A stretch of DNA of 64,000 nucleotides, taken from assembly GCF_006345805.1 (NCBI RefSeq), contig NC_043007.1, positions 43,400,001-43,464,000 on the forward strand, written 5' to 3'. This DNA comes from Octopus sinensis (lineage: Eukaryota). Positions 51,510-64,000 of this stretch are shown piece by piece; position 1 is the first letter of the stretch; every line of letters begins with the position of its first letter. The translations under genes were made by a program, and so were the position numbers. The notes beneath the pieces were generated by a model that was not told where the DNA came from, ran no database searches, and was given only the letters and a program-made list of their open reading frames with translations.

Positions 51510-52399
51510 CTCTTACCAATCAGTTTCGCGCAAAAAATTCAATGGAATGTTAGGCAACAAACCAATTATATAAATACTTATATACACAGAATCTTTTGTG
51601 CATACTTTCGGTATATGTGTGTGTGCGTGTATGTATATATATATATGTATACACACATAGACATAAACGTATATTGGGATATACCTATATTAGGATCATT
51701 ACGTGTATGTTAGGTAGCTACACTGGCGAAAAATACGAAATGTTTGATCCATATATACTTTAGAAGGAAAAGATTTTTCAGTTTGCCAAAAATTAATAAT
51801 TACTTGCTTCCCATAAGGTGTTGATGTTGACGCGGATCAGTGGTTCCCATACTATATATTTCTAAACGACTATTATTAGCCTTTTACTCTCTTTGCTCTC
51901 ACCTTGCCTCGTCCTCATTCCTCTCCCATTTACTTTCTTTCAAAATTTGGCGCGTACTTAAACGGCAACTCAGATGTTGATCACAACAGAAGAAAACGAC
52001 ACTTTTGTGTACATTTTTCTTCGTGTTTGATTATTTCATAGATAATGCTGGATGGCTTATGATTTGTTTGTTTTTTTGCAAGCAAACTTTTAGCAGTAGA
52101 AATAAATAATTTGGTAAGAAAGAAGCACGGCGTATTTTTGAGGAAATGGGAGTGTGTAAAGTCATCATAGGTTACGTGAAATACCGAAACGAAAAACCAA
52201 ACATTACCTTTGATTTTAAGGGAAATGAAATCTCCCCAAGAATATAGAGCATTTAGGTAGCTTTGAAGTATTTGATTAGAAATAAAATAAAAAAAAAACA
52301 AACAAACATTAATTTTAAGATGTGATGATGTAAACGAAAACTAGAAACAATTTAAAAAGTAGAACGTTACTTTAGAGATAGGCAAGAGCAATACTTAAG
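51510..52399 (+). promoter_or_regulatory. Candidate XPO1 promoter and non-coding first exon
   Basis: CCAAT at 51516 abutting E2F TTTCGCGC at 51524-51531; E2F TTTGGCGCG at 51946-51954; strong donor AAG/GTATGT at 52399/52400. Confidence 0.5.
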
Positions 52400-52446
52400 G
52401 TATGTAAAACCCTGTTTGTTACGAGAAAAGTATTTGTAGCTTGAAA

Positions 52447-52933
52447 GGGCGGAGTTCTGGTTTAAGTATCCATATAACCTCTCATAACTTTTTATTTTTT
52501 GGAACTTTTAGAAAATTTTTGCGAATATGTGTTCTACACGCGGGAATTCTACAATTATGCAAAAAATAAAAGCTTGTGTGATTTAGTTGTTTTTAGCACA
52601 TCTCACAACCACCTGATAATTTCCTCGTTTCTCTTACTATTTTTTCCTATAAACACATTAAATGGAATAGTGATGCACCCAAGGATGGTCCAATGCAAGT
52701 ATTTGAGCCAAAAATTCGTATAGTATTTTAAAGCCCGATTTAAAAACAAAATTTGAAAAAGAGTGGAACTTTTAGGATTTAAGGTGGGCGGAGGGGTTTA
52801 AAAATATTAGGAAAAAAATTCTTGGATAATCATATGAATTTCCGTTTGTGGAATACAAATTTGCAAAATTCTGAAAATTGCAAAAAATATAAGTTATGAG
52901 AGGTTATGGGGTCTTAAACCAGAATTTCGTCCC
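52447..52933. mobile_element. MITE with ~55-bp imperfect TIRs (GGG...CCC)
   Basis: gggcggagttctggtttaagtatccatataacctctcataac versus the reverse complement of gttatgagaggttatggggtcttaaaccagaatttcgtccc. Confidence 0.7.
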
Positions 52934-54701
52934 ATTAACATTGTATGTAGATTTCCTTATATCATCAGGAGTAAGGGGGTTGATTCAAATGATGAAATCC
53001 ACATGCAGTATCGAATGTTTGTGGAATCATATGAAAAGGATAATTTAAAACGATGTCTGTGGTATTCGAGATATTTCAATCGTATATTTTTTAAATTTCT
53101 CCAACGACGAAGTTAAGTTGACAGCCTGGAAACTTGCATCTTTTCCAGATATCTACTGACTCTTGTAGCATCATTACATCTATGATTAATGTTTTTCTTA
53201 TTTTTTATTGCCGTTTGTAATTAAATACTTATAATTTACCTTCTAAATGTTTTTCCTTTTAAACTGTTGGTGAATGACTTTCGCTTTTCGTTTTGGTATT
53301 TCTTGGAACACTTTGTTTTATCCATTTCCCATTTCCTCGAAAACATGCCGTACGTTCTTCACATTTCTAAATAATTTTGTTATGTGAAATAAACATTCAA
53401 CACAACAATTCTTAGATTACTTTTTACTCGTTTCTTCCATATTAGAATTGTTCAGTCCCATAAACAATCATGTTTATTATTTTTAGCTTTGTAAACTTTT
53501 AAAACTTCGTTTGCCTGAACTAGAGGTGAACTGAATATTTTCATGCCTCTTGATAAAAAGTGGTGTGAAAGTGTGTATTTGTAATGAGTCTAAGTTTATT
53601 CGGTTGTCGGATGTAGAAGAATAATAAAGTTAAATGTCACTTTGATAAAAGCCTTAATTTAATATAGTATTCTATTAAAACCTGAGTTTTTTTTTTATCA
53701 CCTAGCTTTAGCTGGATAAAACTGATTTAAAACGTTTACACGTAGAGAGAACGGTCAATATCCTAAAATATGTGCTTCATTTACATTTCTTGTAGTTCGG
53801 TGCTCAACCACTTAGCCCGAAAGTGGTTCTATCTCTCCTGTCATTGTCTCAGTTTGTCTAGCCAAAACGGTTTAGTGGTTGTGGAAATGATTTGCTTTGA
53901 CAATCCAGAAGTAAATAATTCAAATTTGTTAAAACTCTCACGAAAACCAGGCATATAATGTGAGCACAAGCATTTTAATTATAAACTATTTGGAAAGTTG
54001 ATGTTAGATATGACAGTTTGATAATGTATTTACAATACCAATAAAGTGTTATTCAGTTGAACTTGATTTGAAATATTCTATGTATTAAGAGCTCAGTTTA
54101 TTTTAATTATGTCTGTAGATTGTTTTCTGAGAACTTAATTTTAAAGATTAGTCTATCTCTCAAGTGGCATTAGAAGTAATTTAAAAACTGATTCTAGTAT
54201 TTATTTCTATTCTATGTCATCTCATCTGTTTTTAAGATCCCATATTTTCAGAAATTTTGTCATTAGAATACACAAAAGGTAGATTGGATAATTTTCCGAG
54301 ACACACAATGACCTGAAAAATCTTGTTAACCTGGGGCCAAACAACAACAAATGCAATCCTTGGGAATGTCTGTAATAGGGTTACTTTCTACATTTCTTGG
54401 GGTTTTTTTCACTCTGCATTCATTATTCACACACACACCTCTGTTGTATATATTTCCCTATATGTTAGTGATTTAAATATTTATGTAAATCATTGGACTT
54501 TGTAAAAATTTAAAATAGATTTCAGGTACCATGACAAATGCCATTAATTTGTACATTTAACCATTCTTATTTTCACTTGTGTTATATAACTTTGTAGAAA
54601 AGAAGATATTTAGAGTTATATATATTGTTGTTCATAATGTTTATTATTAATTTTTAAAAAATGGTTTCTATTGCAGGCTCTACTGATGACTGAGTGACAG
54701 A

Positions 54702-54827
54702 ATGCCACCTATCATAATGAATAACTTGGCAGAAGAAGCTGCTAAACTTTTAGATTTTAATCAGAAACTTGATATCAACCTTTTGGATAATATCGTAGCA
54801 TGTATGTACACAGGAGAAGGGCCACAG
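54702..54827 (+). CDS. XPO1: Exportin-1 (CRM1) first coding exon (MPPIIMNNLAEEAAKLLDFNQKLDINLLDNIVACMYTGEGPQ)
   Basis: Exon starts at 54677 after ttgcag; gtgagt donor at 54828. LLDFxQKLDINLLDN is the hallmark CRM1 N-terminus. Confidence 0.96.
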
Positions 54828-55154
54828 GTGAGTACTTTTGTTTTGAAAAATTACTTAAATTTAAGATGATTAAATGGTGAGGATGATACAATCTCAGACT
54901 CAAAATCACTAGTTTTGAGGGTCTGCAAAGATCATGGACACTGCCTTTTTGTCCAAATTCAACAAGCAAAGAAAAAAAAGTCTTAGTATTCTGTTACATC
55001 TCTTTACATTGTGAGTTTCAATCCTAGGTTGCTTTTTATTTTGTGATTGTTAATAAACACTTAACATTCACTGAAAATGATTATCAATCCTCTTCCTTCT
55101 TAACAAATTTGTGACCTTGTGTCAAAATTAGGAATCAGTGTTGCTTGAATTTAA

Positions 55155-55325
55155 GCATTTATTATGATTGTAGCTATCCAAAAAGGTATTTACTGTGACT
55201 GTAGCTATCCATGAGGGCATTTACTATGATTGTGGCTATCAAGAAAGGTATTTACTATGATATGGCTATCTTGAGAGATATATAGCTATGTAGAGAGACA
55301 TTTACTATGATTGTAGCTTATCCAG
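55155..55325 (+). repeat. ~32-bp minisatellite (catttactatgattgtagctatcc...), about 5 units
   Basis: Directly visible tandem units in the XPO1 intron. Confidence 0.8.
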
Positions 55326-58300
55326 TAGATGTTGATATAAGAAATGATGGACAGAGTATATGTCAAACTTGTGTTAGTGTTTCATAGAGTAAAGCAATTT
55401 TCAGAAAATATGGTAGCTTGTTTTAAAGAAACTTCTTATGAACCTTTTTACTATTACTTTTTATCCCAGACATTTTAGCTAAAGTAAAAGTAGTTAAGTG
55501 TAAACTGCTTCCAGCTGAGTGAAATATGAATTTGTTGAACCATCCAACTTAGCAGTTTAACAAATAATTGAACAAGCTTTTTTTTTTCTGGAAAATTGTT
55601 TTGGTGAGGTATGCCTTGTGGTTGAAAAGTTTGCTTCCCAATCATATATTTTCGGGTTTAGTCCTGCTGCATGGAACCTTGGACAGGTATCTTCTGCTAT
55701 AGTTTCAGGCCAACCAAAGTATTGTGAGTGAATTTGGTAGGTGAAGACTTAAAGAAACCTGTTATATGTGAGTGTGTGTGTTTTGACATAACCTGATGGT
55801 TGTATTTGAGCATTTCAATCATACAAATGCAGTTGTTTTTTCCCAGTCTTCTGTACAAAACATGTCTGACCATGGGAAAGTATCTTGCTTGAAAACAGGT
55901 GAGAATTGGTGACAAGAAAGGCATTCAGTTATAGAAAATCTGCCTCAATGAATTCTGTCTGATCCATGCAAACATGGAAAAGTGGACATTAAAACAGTGA
56001 TGATGTAAACAAAGATGTCATTTCTTTGGACGTTATCTCTTTAGTCATGGTTCACAACTCGTATTTACATTTGCTTACCTTCATTTGATTATAGATCTGC
56101 CCAGACAAAAACTGACCTAAGCTAAACAAGAACAACCAGTTTGTAAAGACTGAGAGGTTATTTTTATGCAAATATCTATTTATTGAGCCACCATTATGGA
56201 AATGATGCATATAAGACAGTTACAAAAATATGTATTTTACAGTTATATTTGCTGGTACCACATAAAAAGCTCATGCTGGTTCCACATAAATAACACCTTG
56301 TACACTCTGTAAAGTGGTTGCCATCAGGAAGGACATCCAGCCATGAAAACCATGCCAAAACAGACAATGGAGCCTGGTGCAGCATAGAAAATGGATGTTA
56401 AATGATGATATTGAATTATATTTTCTTCTGAAAAGTGAATTAATACTATTAATTATACTTCATTTAATAAGTTGAGAAAAGATAATGATAGCTACATATT
56501 GACAGTACTAAAACAATCTCTGAAGATGTTATACATCAGTCCAATAAAATGTGTAGTTAAAGCAAGTTTTGACATAAAGATTCATTTGTGAGTAAATAAA
56601 GAATTCATTTTCATATTTGTTTTCAAAATATTTTATGAAAGAAAGTCAATGAATTCATTAACATTTACTCATACTTATTTAACAAACATTTGTTTTTTCC
56701 ATGGTTGAAAAAAATAAGTACCACTTGTACTTTTTTTATATCAACTGAACTCGCTTCCAACATAGTGTCAGTCAACTGTACCCTACATGAAAAAAAAAAT
56801 CTGGCCTTGTGTCATTCAACTTTACCCATGCCCAAATTTCTTCCTTCTGCCAATATGTACCTTCCTTCAGACTTGTGGCTTTGTATCCTTCCCACCTGAA
56901 ACTTATAACCCTGTACCCATCAGTTGTATCATCCCACCAATACACGAACTTGTGTTAATCAACAGTACCTGCCCCTAAACTTGTGGTCTTGAGTCAGAGT
57001 CAGTTAACTGTACATCTTCCAACACTTGAAGCCTTGTGCCAATCAGCTGTGCCTTTCTCCAAACTTGTAGTTTTGCATCAATTGATGCAATATTTAGTTA
57101 TGTTCCTTTCATTCCAAATCCAAATCATATTGGAGTCAACTTTGCTTTTTATTCTGTTTCAGGAAATAAAAAAACAAAACTTTTTACTCAAAAGTTTATT
57201 TGGATAAATATTTTGATATTTCATGTGTTATTCAATTGCCAGCTCATCATAGTAGTAAAAACAGAAAATACATATATATTACTCACAAATGCATGTAGCA
57301 CTTTTTATTAAATGCTGGGTGTTCGAATAATTCCATGTAACTGAAATTTGAATTTAACAAAATCTAATTGAGACTAATATATATGTGTGTGTGTGTGTAT
57401 AATATGTATACACACACATACACATTCATCTTACATCTTTTTCTGTGCTAGCATGGATTGGATGAATACATTTTGAGACATTGTTTTAGAGACAAATGTC
57501 CTTCCTGTTGCTAACCCTTCTTTGTTTTTCAATAAGGGATGTTTTATTCCACTTGACTTTGAAGGTGCAGAGCAAGTGGGTGGTTTATTAACAAGGAATG
57601 CCAGCATATTGTCACTGCTTTTTACTCAACACTTATGTGAGGACACATAATGGAAGCATTCACACATTTAATTAATGATAATTTCTTAGTCTAAGAAAGA
57701 CAGTTTTGCAATTTCTTGCTGAACAATTTGCACAAATGGTTTGATTATAGTGATCAAATGTTTGTGCTGCATATAAACTCCCTCCCTCCATCAAATCAAT
57801 ATTGCCTGTACAGGTGAGTGGTGTGCTACATGTCAGATGTTGAAGTATTTGCAGAGTGATGTGAGATAAAGTGTTTTGCTCAAGAGCACTATACACTACT
57901 CAGTCTAAGAATTGAACCCACCATCTCATGATTATGAGTGCAGGACTAACCACTAAGTAGTGCACCCTCATACACATATAAATACATAGGTGCATGCTTG
58001 GTTGTGTGGCTGAGAAGTTCACTTCCAAACCATATGGCTTGTGATTTTGGATTCAGTACATGGTTATATGGAACCTTGGGCAAGAGTCTTCAACTATTGC
58101 CTTAAGCCAACCAAAGCCTTGTGAGTGGATTTTGGCAGACAGAAACTGGAAGAAGCCTGTTTTGTGTGTGTGTATGTGTGTTTTCATGTCTGTGTATTTG
58201 TTTATAACTGTACATTGTGAGGATCACTTAACTAGAAGCAGTGATATTATTGCCATTTCCCTTGTCAATAAACCACCCACTGGCCTTACACCTTCAAAGA

Positions 58301-58653
58301 TATCTAATTTGAAAAACTGTGAATGGTTAGTGACAGGAAGGGCATCCAGCTGTAAAACAATGCCCCAATAAAATATTTTCTGAACCTGTGCCAGCATGGG
58401 AGAACATATAAAAATAAAACAAATACATACATGTCCAGTTTATGCAATTGAAACAGTAGTCAATTAAAATAGTCATCTATGTATCATGCTTAATGTATGT
58501 TCACTGTTAACAGGTATGTTACTGTTGTTTTCATCTGAGATAAAATCTCTTATGGATGTGCTGTGTTTAAAAACAATATACATATATATATTTCTCCACT
58601 TTCCCTCAAATACTTTATAATTAATTGTGATTGATGTAACTTTTATATTTTAG

Positions 58654-58828
58654 CAACGCATGGCCCAAGAAGTCTTAACAACTCTTAAAGAACATCCTGA
58701 TGCATGGACTCGTGTGGATACTATCTTGGAATATTCTAGCAATCAACAAACTAAATATTATGCCCTACAAATATTAGAGAATGTTATTAAAACCAGGTGG
58801 AAAGTACTTCCACGACCACAATGTGAAG
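58654..58828 (+). CDS. XPO1: Exportin-1 second coding exon (QRMAQEVLTTLKEHPDAWTRVDTILEYSSNQQTKYYALQILENVIKTRWKVLPRPQCE-G), importin-beta N-terminal domain
   Basis: 175 nt, phase 0 to 1, gtaact donor. Near identical to recalled human CRM1. The next acceptor appears to be at 63994-63999. Confidence 0.97.
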
Positions 58829-61258
58829 GTAACTTGCAACTCCTTGTTTCGTGTTTACATATACTTTTGAAAATTTGAAACTGATTCTTGTTATTTCCCA
58901 ACAGGACATTTCTTTTTTTTTCCGACTAAACTTAATTTTGTAAGATATGAGTATTTACCTGGTTGAGTGAAACCATACTTTTATTTGAACTTACATTTGT
59001 GAAGCACTTATCATCTCTGTCAATTTCTATGTAGCTAATTCTGTTATTGGGAAGACTGTTGGTGGGGTTTTTTTGAAAAAGTTAATTGTTTACTCTTTTG
59101 TTACCATATTCCTGAAATACATTGCCTTTGTTTCTATTAATTTTGAAAATAATGAAGAATTTGGTAAAATAATTCTGTCTTTAAGATGGTGTTTGGGAAA
59201 TGAATTAACATGAAATTTTGACAGAAAATTTTAATTTAGATCACTTTAAAACAGGTAATTTGTTAAAAAAACTAGTGGTCTTTGGTGGGTTGGTATCAAA
59301 AGCGTTGAAGGTACTTTTTTTTTTGTTTCTTCAAAATTAAACCACCATCATTTTACATTTGCTTTCCATGGTAGCATCTGTGAGATGTTTTGATAGGATC
59401 TATTGGGTCAGATGATCATTACTTGCTCCACTGTCCCAGTTTTGGCATTATTTCTACAGCGAGATGCCTTTTCTCATTCCAATCACTTTGCAAAGTGTAC
59501 TGTGATTAACTATTTTTTTCTAAGTATGGATCTCAATCATTATGATTTTATTTAGTGTTAAACTCTTAACAGACTTGTCTAAATAATATCTAGTTTGATG
59601 CTAAATGAAATGTAAATAAAATTTAATTTGTAGGTAAAAAAAAAAATATTGATTATTTAGACACTACCCAAGAAATTTGCATAGATGTTTTGGTTTAAAT
59701 TTGTTCGCATGTATCAAAAGTGTTGTAATGGAAAGAAAAATCTATAACACTTCAAAGTTTCTATAAATTTCAAGACTAGTTATTCTATGTGTAAAAAATG
59801 TTAACTTAAAGCTAATAACTATTTCAAAATGTTGAAAGAGCACAAAAAGTGTTTCCTATATTATTATTATTATTCTGACTGCCATGAAAAAAGCACTCAG
59901 CATACTGTAAAATGGTTAGCTCTAGGAAGGGTGTCCAGTTGTAGAAGCTATGCCAAAGCAGATATTGGAGCTCAACACAGTCTTCTGACATATCAGATCT
60001 TGTTGAAATGTCCACTCTATACCAGCATGAAAAATGAGTGTTAAATGATGATAATAATGATGAACTAATTAAAGAGAAATTAAGAATTCTGTAATTTAAA
60101 TATGAAAAATTGTCATCAAAAGACTAATCTTGTATATCACAATTAAAAATTCTTCACTTTCAGTTAAATGAAACAATATTATTATCATCATCACCATCTG
60201 TCTACTTTCCATGCTGTCATAAACTGAACAGGTTGTTATGGTTTGAGTTAGTTCTTAACAGTTCCAATTTTGTTTTGGTTTCTACAACTGGATATGTTTC
60301 TTTTCACCAACAAAAGAAAGTGGGTGTATTTTATAACACTGGCACTAGAGAGGTTTTGTTGTTTCTAGCAAAACTAAATAAAAGGTCTTCTCTATCTTAT
60401 ATTGTCTCTTGTCCACTGGTACCAGAAAGGTTGCTTTTTTTCTTTGGCAAACCTAAAGGTGGTTCCTTCTCTGCTATATTTCCATTCATTCCTTTTTTTC
60501 CTCTACACAGCTGGATGTTTAGAAAATGTCATTTTCTATTGATTCATTGTTTGTGTAGTCTGAGAAGGAGCTAAAGAATTCTCTTCACTCTCTACCACAA
60601 CCTGCATCAGTCTTTATTCTAACTGCTCATAGGTCAACAGGACTTATTTTCAATTGATATTAATGCTCTTTGGGTATCCTCTTTTTGAGTATACAAACCT
60701 ATCTTTAACTGGCAGACTAAATCAGATTGTTAGACTCACAGACATACAAAAATTTGTTGATAGCATATTCATGTATGCTTACATGGTGGTCTGATTTTGT
60801 TATAGTCCAGGTGTTTATGTAAAAAATATTTTGTCCTTTTTCATTACAGTATTTTATGATAGTTGAAATTTTGAACTAATCATGTATGAAATTTTAGTGT
60901 TTAACTCTTTTGATACCAGATTGCCTGAAACTGCTCATGGTTGTACATTCTCAACTGTTTGAAGTGATTCTAAATTAAAGCCTTCCACCAAAATTTTATG
61001 GTAATTTATGTTCCAAACACCAGCTTAATAATGACATTATTATTTTACTAAATTGTTTGTTATTTTCAAAATAAATTGGAACAGAAACAATGTATTGCAA
61101 CAGAAATATGGTAACAATAGTTAAAAAGAGATTAAAAAAAAAAGGCATGTATTAACCTTTGTTCGTAACTAGCAGGCTTTTAACTCTGTATTTCTGCGTG
61201 ATTCAACATTTTATTACATAATTACCATACTAAACTTTTAGAATTGGCAGAATAACTA

Positions 61259-61460
61259 TTAACCCTTTTGTTACTGTATTTATTTTGAGATGCTCTGTGT
61301 TTCTTTCAATTATTTTAAATATAACAAAGAATTTAGTAAAATAACTTAGTTATCATTAAGCTAGTGTTAGGAACATAATTGTGACTAGGGTTTGGTGGAA
61401 GATTTTAATTCAGAACTTATGAAAACAAGACATTTGCCGGGTTGGTAACGAAAGGGTTAA
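61259..61460 (+). mobile_element. piggyBac-type MITE family 1 copy in XPO1 intron
   Basis: ttaacccttttgttac ... gtaacgaaagggttaa. Confidence 0.8.
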
Positions 61461-64000
61461 GTGTTAAAAATTCCACACATCTGAAAATTAGATGTTCATT
61501 TTTAGTTAAATATCTTTGAGCAAATATTTGATATTTATTTGAGGATCTTGGATGAAAATCTAGCTGATGTATTCCATCTGTCATTTATTTGTTGTGGCAC
61601 TGTAGTGGATGGGACAATAAGTTCTTGATGAATATGCGGTTTGTTTTTCTCTGTTGTTATTATTTCATTTGGGGGAAAGTGTGTCACAACTGCTTACTTT
61701 GCCCTCTTATACATAAATAAAATTTAATGACCCTTTGTTCATTTGTTTAACATCTGTTTTATCATTCTTGCAAAGGTTAGGCAGGGAATTATTTGAAGCA
61801 GAATTTTATGGCCAGATGTTCTCTCCTGTTATCAAGTAAGGGAGTTTTTATTCCACATTTCGGAAGTGGAGAACAACTGTTCATAACGCCAATAAGTAAT
61901 GCCAACAACGGTTTTGTTCATGTGGTGACAAGTGTGAACATCAATATTTATGCTCATTCACACGCATGCACACTTCATTTTGACTATGAAATTCACTCAC
62001 AAAACATTTGTTGGCCTTCTGCTGTAGTAGAAAATGCTTACCAAAGTGCTGCTCATTAAGACCAAACCTGAAACAGTATGGTTACATAGTGAACTTCTTA
62101 ACCACATACCCATGTCTATAGCTATTTACAAATATTAAAATAGCAATTATATTTTAGTATTTTGGTTTCAGTACCTATTTATGTTTAAAAACATTTGTAT
62201 TTCTTAATCATTAAACAAAAATTTTACTTATTAAAAATTGTAAATTTTTTGCTATTAAAATTCAGATGATTTAATAGACTTTAAATCTCTGAAATAGGCC
62301 CATGTAAAAGACGTGTTTGAAAAACAAAAGGTTTGATTAAATCAGCTGATAGTGTAGTTCTAACAGTCAAAAGTTAAGAGGTTATAGACTTTTTCTGTTA
62401 TAGATATTTATTTTACTGTAGATAATAGAATGTACAGTTTTGAATAGCTTTCATCCTCTGAATAATTTGTGCTGCCATATTGCTTGGTTAGATTCCTATA
62501 CATAACAACCACCACCCTATCTGTATTAATACATGTCTTAGCAATTCAACTTTGGCTTTCAGTGAGGTTTGGCTGCCATGTTTATTAACATGTACATGCT
62601 AGCATGGATCATGGACTTTAACCTGTTAGCACTTAAATTATTCTTTTGAATGTAATGCTTATTTATTCACATTGTTTTGAATTAATCATGCATTATCTAG
62701 TAGCTTTGAGAATTTGATTATGTGATTGTATACTTTTATAATGATATTGTTGGGTAGGTACGAGAGGCCAGATCTAGCTGGTTTAAACATTGGGCTGAAT
62801 ATGGCCAGTTTAAATGCTAAGGGGTTAAATGATGATAATGATGATACACACCTTCTATTTGCTTCATTGTTGTTTTCATTTAAAAATTTGATGTATAGTG
62901 CAAAAATGTTGTTCTTGAAATTATGACACACCACTCTATCCATTTTGATACCAACATGCCTAAGGTTATCCTCGATTCTGGAGTACAGACTTCCAGTTTG
63001 AAACTGATCTAAGTTAAAATTTCTTGTTAATAATTTCTGTTACAAACAACAGGTTAAAGTCTAAGATATTTTACTTTATTTTTTCTTATTTGCAAACTTA
63101 ACGTAAGAAAAATATAGTAACAAAAGGGTTAGCATACTGCATTTCAAAATAATGTTATACTATTTTAATTATTATTCTCCATGTTCTGGTAGTGGAGATG
63201 ACTGAAACATTTTGAACTTAATTGCATTTTTTGAAGTATTAACATTCATGTTTTTGAGTTTAAAAATCTTGTGGTTGACTTCACTTTTTCCCCCCTTGAA
63301 GAAATGAAATAATTAGCAGGAAACATTTTGTTTAGTGCAATCAACTATAAGCTTATTCTTCAATGATTAACCATGTACCTAAATTTCTAATTATTTTTCA
63401 TTTTGGAGTTTTACTTTTCTTGGAATTTAATAATATGGGAATCATTTCACAAAACTTGAAGATGTTTAAATGATGATGATGATGACCATGGTAAAGATGA
63501 CACTTATTGCATTTTGTAGATTTTTTTTTAGAAATAATGATGTAGACATTTAATGATAATGTTACTTTATTTTAGTAATTACAAGGAAATTACAAAATGT
63601 AATTTTGTATATAGATTAGGTAAAGAAGTAAATGTAAACTATATTTTTTAACTGTTAGTTATAATGATGAAATGCTTTTATATCTTACCAAATACATTTA
63701 TTGAGTTAGCCCTTCTTGAGTGAAGAGAAATCCACACATTCAGTATATTGGTTATGTCTTGTTTCAGTATGGTTATGTCTTGTTTCAGTGTAACAATCAA
63801 GGCATGTTCTACACTTGCTATATTTAGTATATCTGTTGTTTAACCCCAGGTCAATCATGATTGAGCAGACCTGTAATCAGGGCATTCCAGTCACCACTGT
63901 ACTCTCTGTATATCAAGAGCTTCATTGTCCAAGTTGTCTTAAAATATTTTAAGTCTGTGGAGTGTAATTTGAGAGATATTTTATTGCTATTTCTAGCAGG

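Noticed and set aside
63749-63789. 21-bp tandem duplication
   Set aside because: Ordinary slippage-type duplication in an intron, with no functional indication.

Overview
This is eukaryotic, very AT-rich, repeat-dense genomic DNA. The SINE families and the (AT)n/(TAA)n microsatellite load suggest a coleoid cephalopod, most likely Octopus (inference). Three spliced protein-coding genes can be assembled by hand with consistent GT-AG sites and reading phases. (1) The last four coding exons of EFCAB11 (+; 1356-9407). (2) A complete 8-coding-exon, 589-aa ZNF410-like C2H2 transcription factor (-; ATG 32762, stop 11617), convergent with EFCAB11. (3) The first two coding exons of exportin-1/CRM1, XPO1 (+; ATG 54702), with the next splice acceptor at the window edge. 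Between ZNF410 and XPO1 lies a relatively CpG-rich 40-54 kb interval with promoter-like modules and a 100-N gap. The rest is transposon debris: Tc1 DD34E (2 copies), maT DD37D, mariner, Helitron/Helentron, piggyBac-type MITEs, RTE and R4/Dong LINEs, a Gypsy fragment, a Penelope-like tail and several SINE families. The most interesting points are an invertebrate ZNF410 with near-identical DNA-recognition helices plus a sixth N-terminal finger, a 278-bp fold-back downstream of its stop codon, uORF-loaded leaders, a (TAA)n-spaced tandem SINE array, and a hammerhead-like motif. No clearly novel multi-gene system is evident. Homology calls rest on remembered protein sequences, not on database searches.
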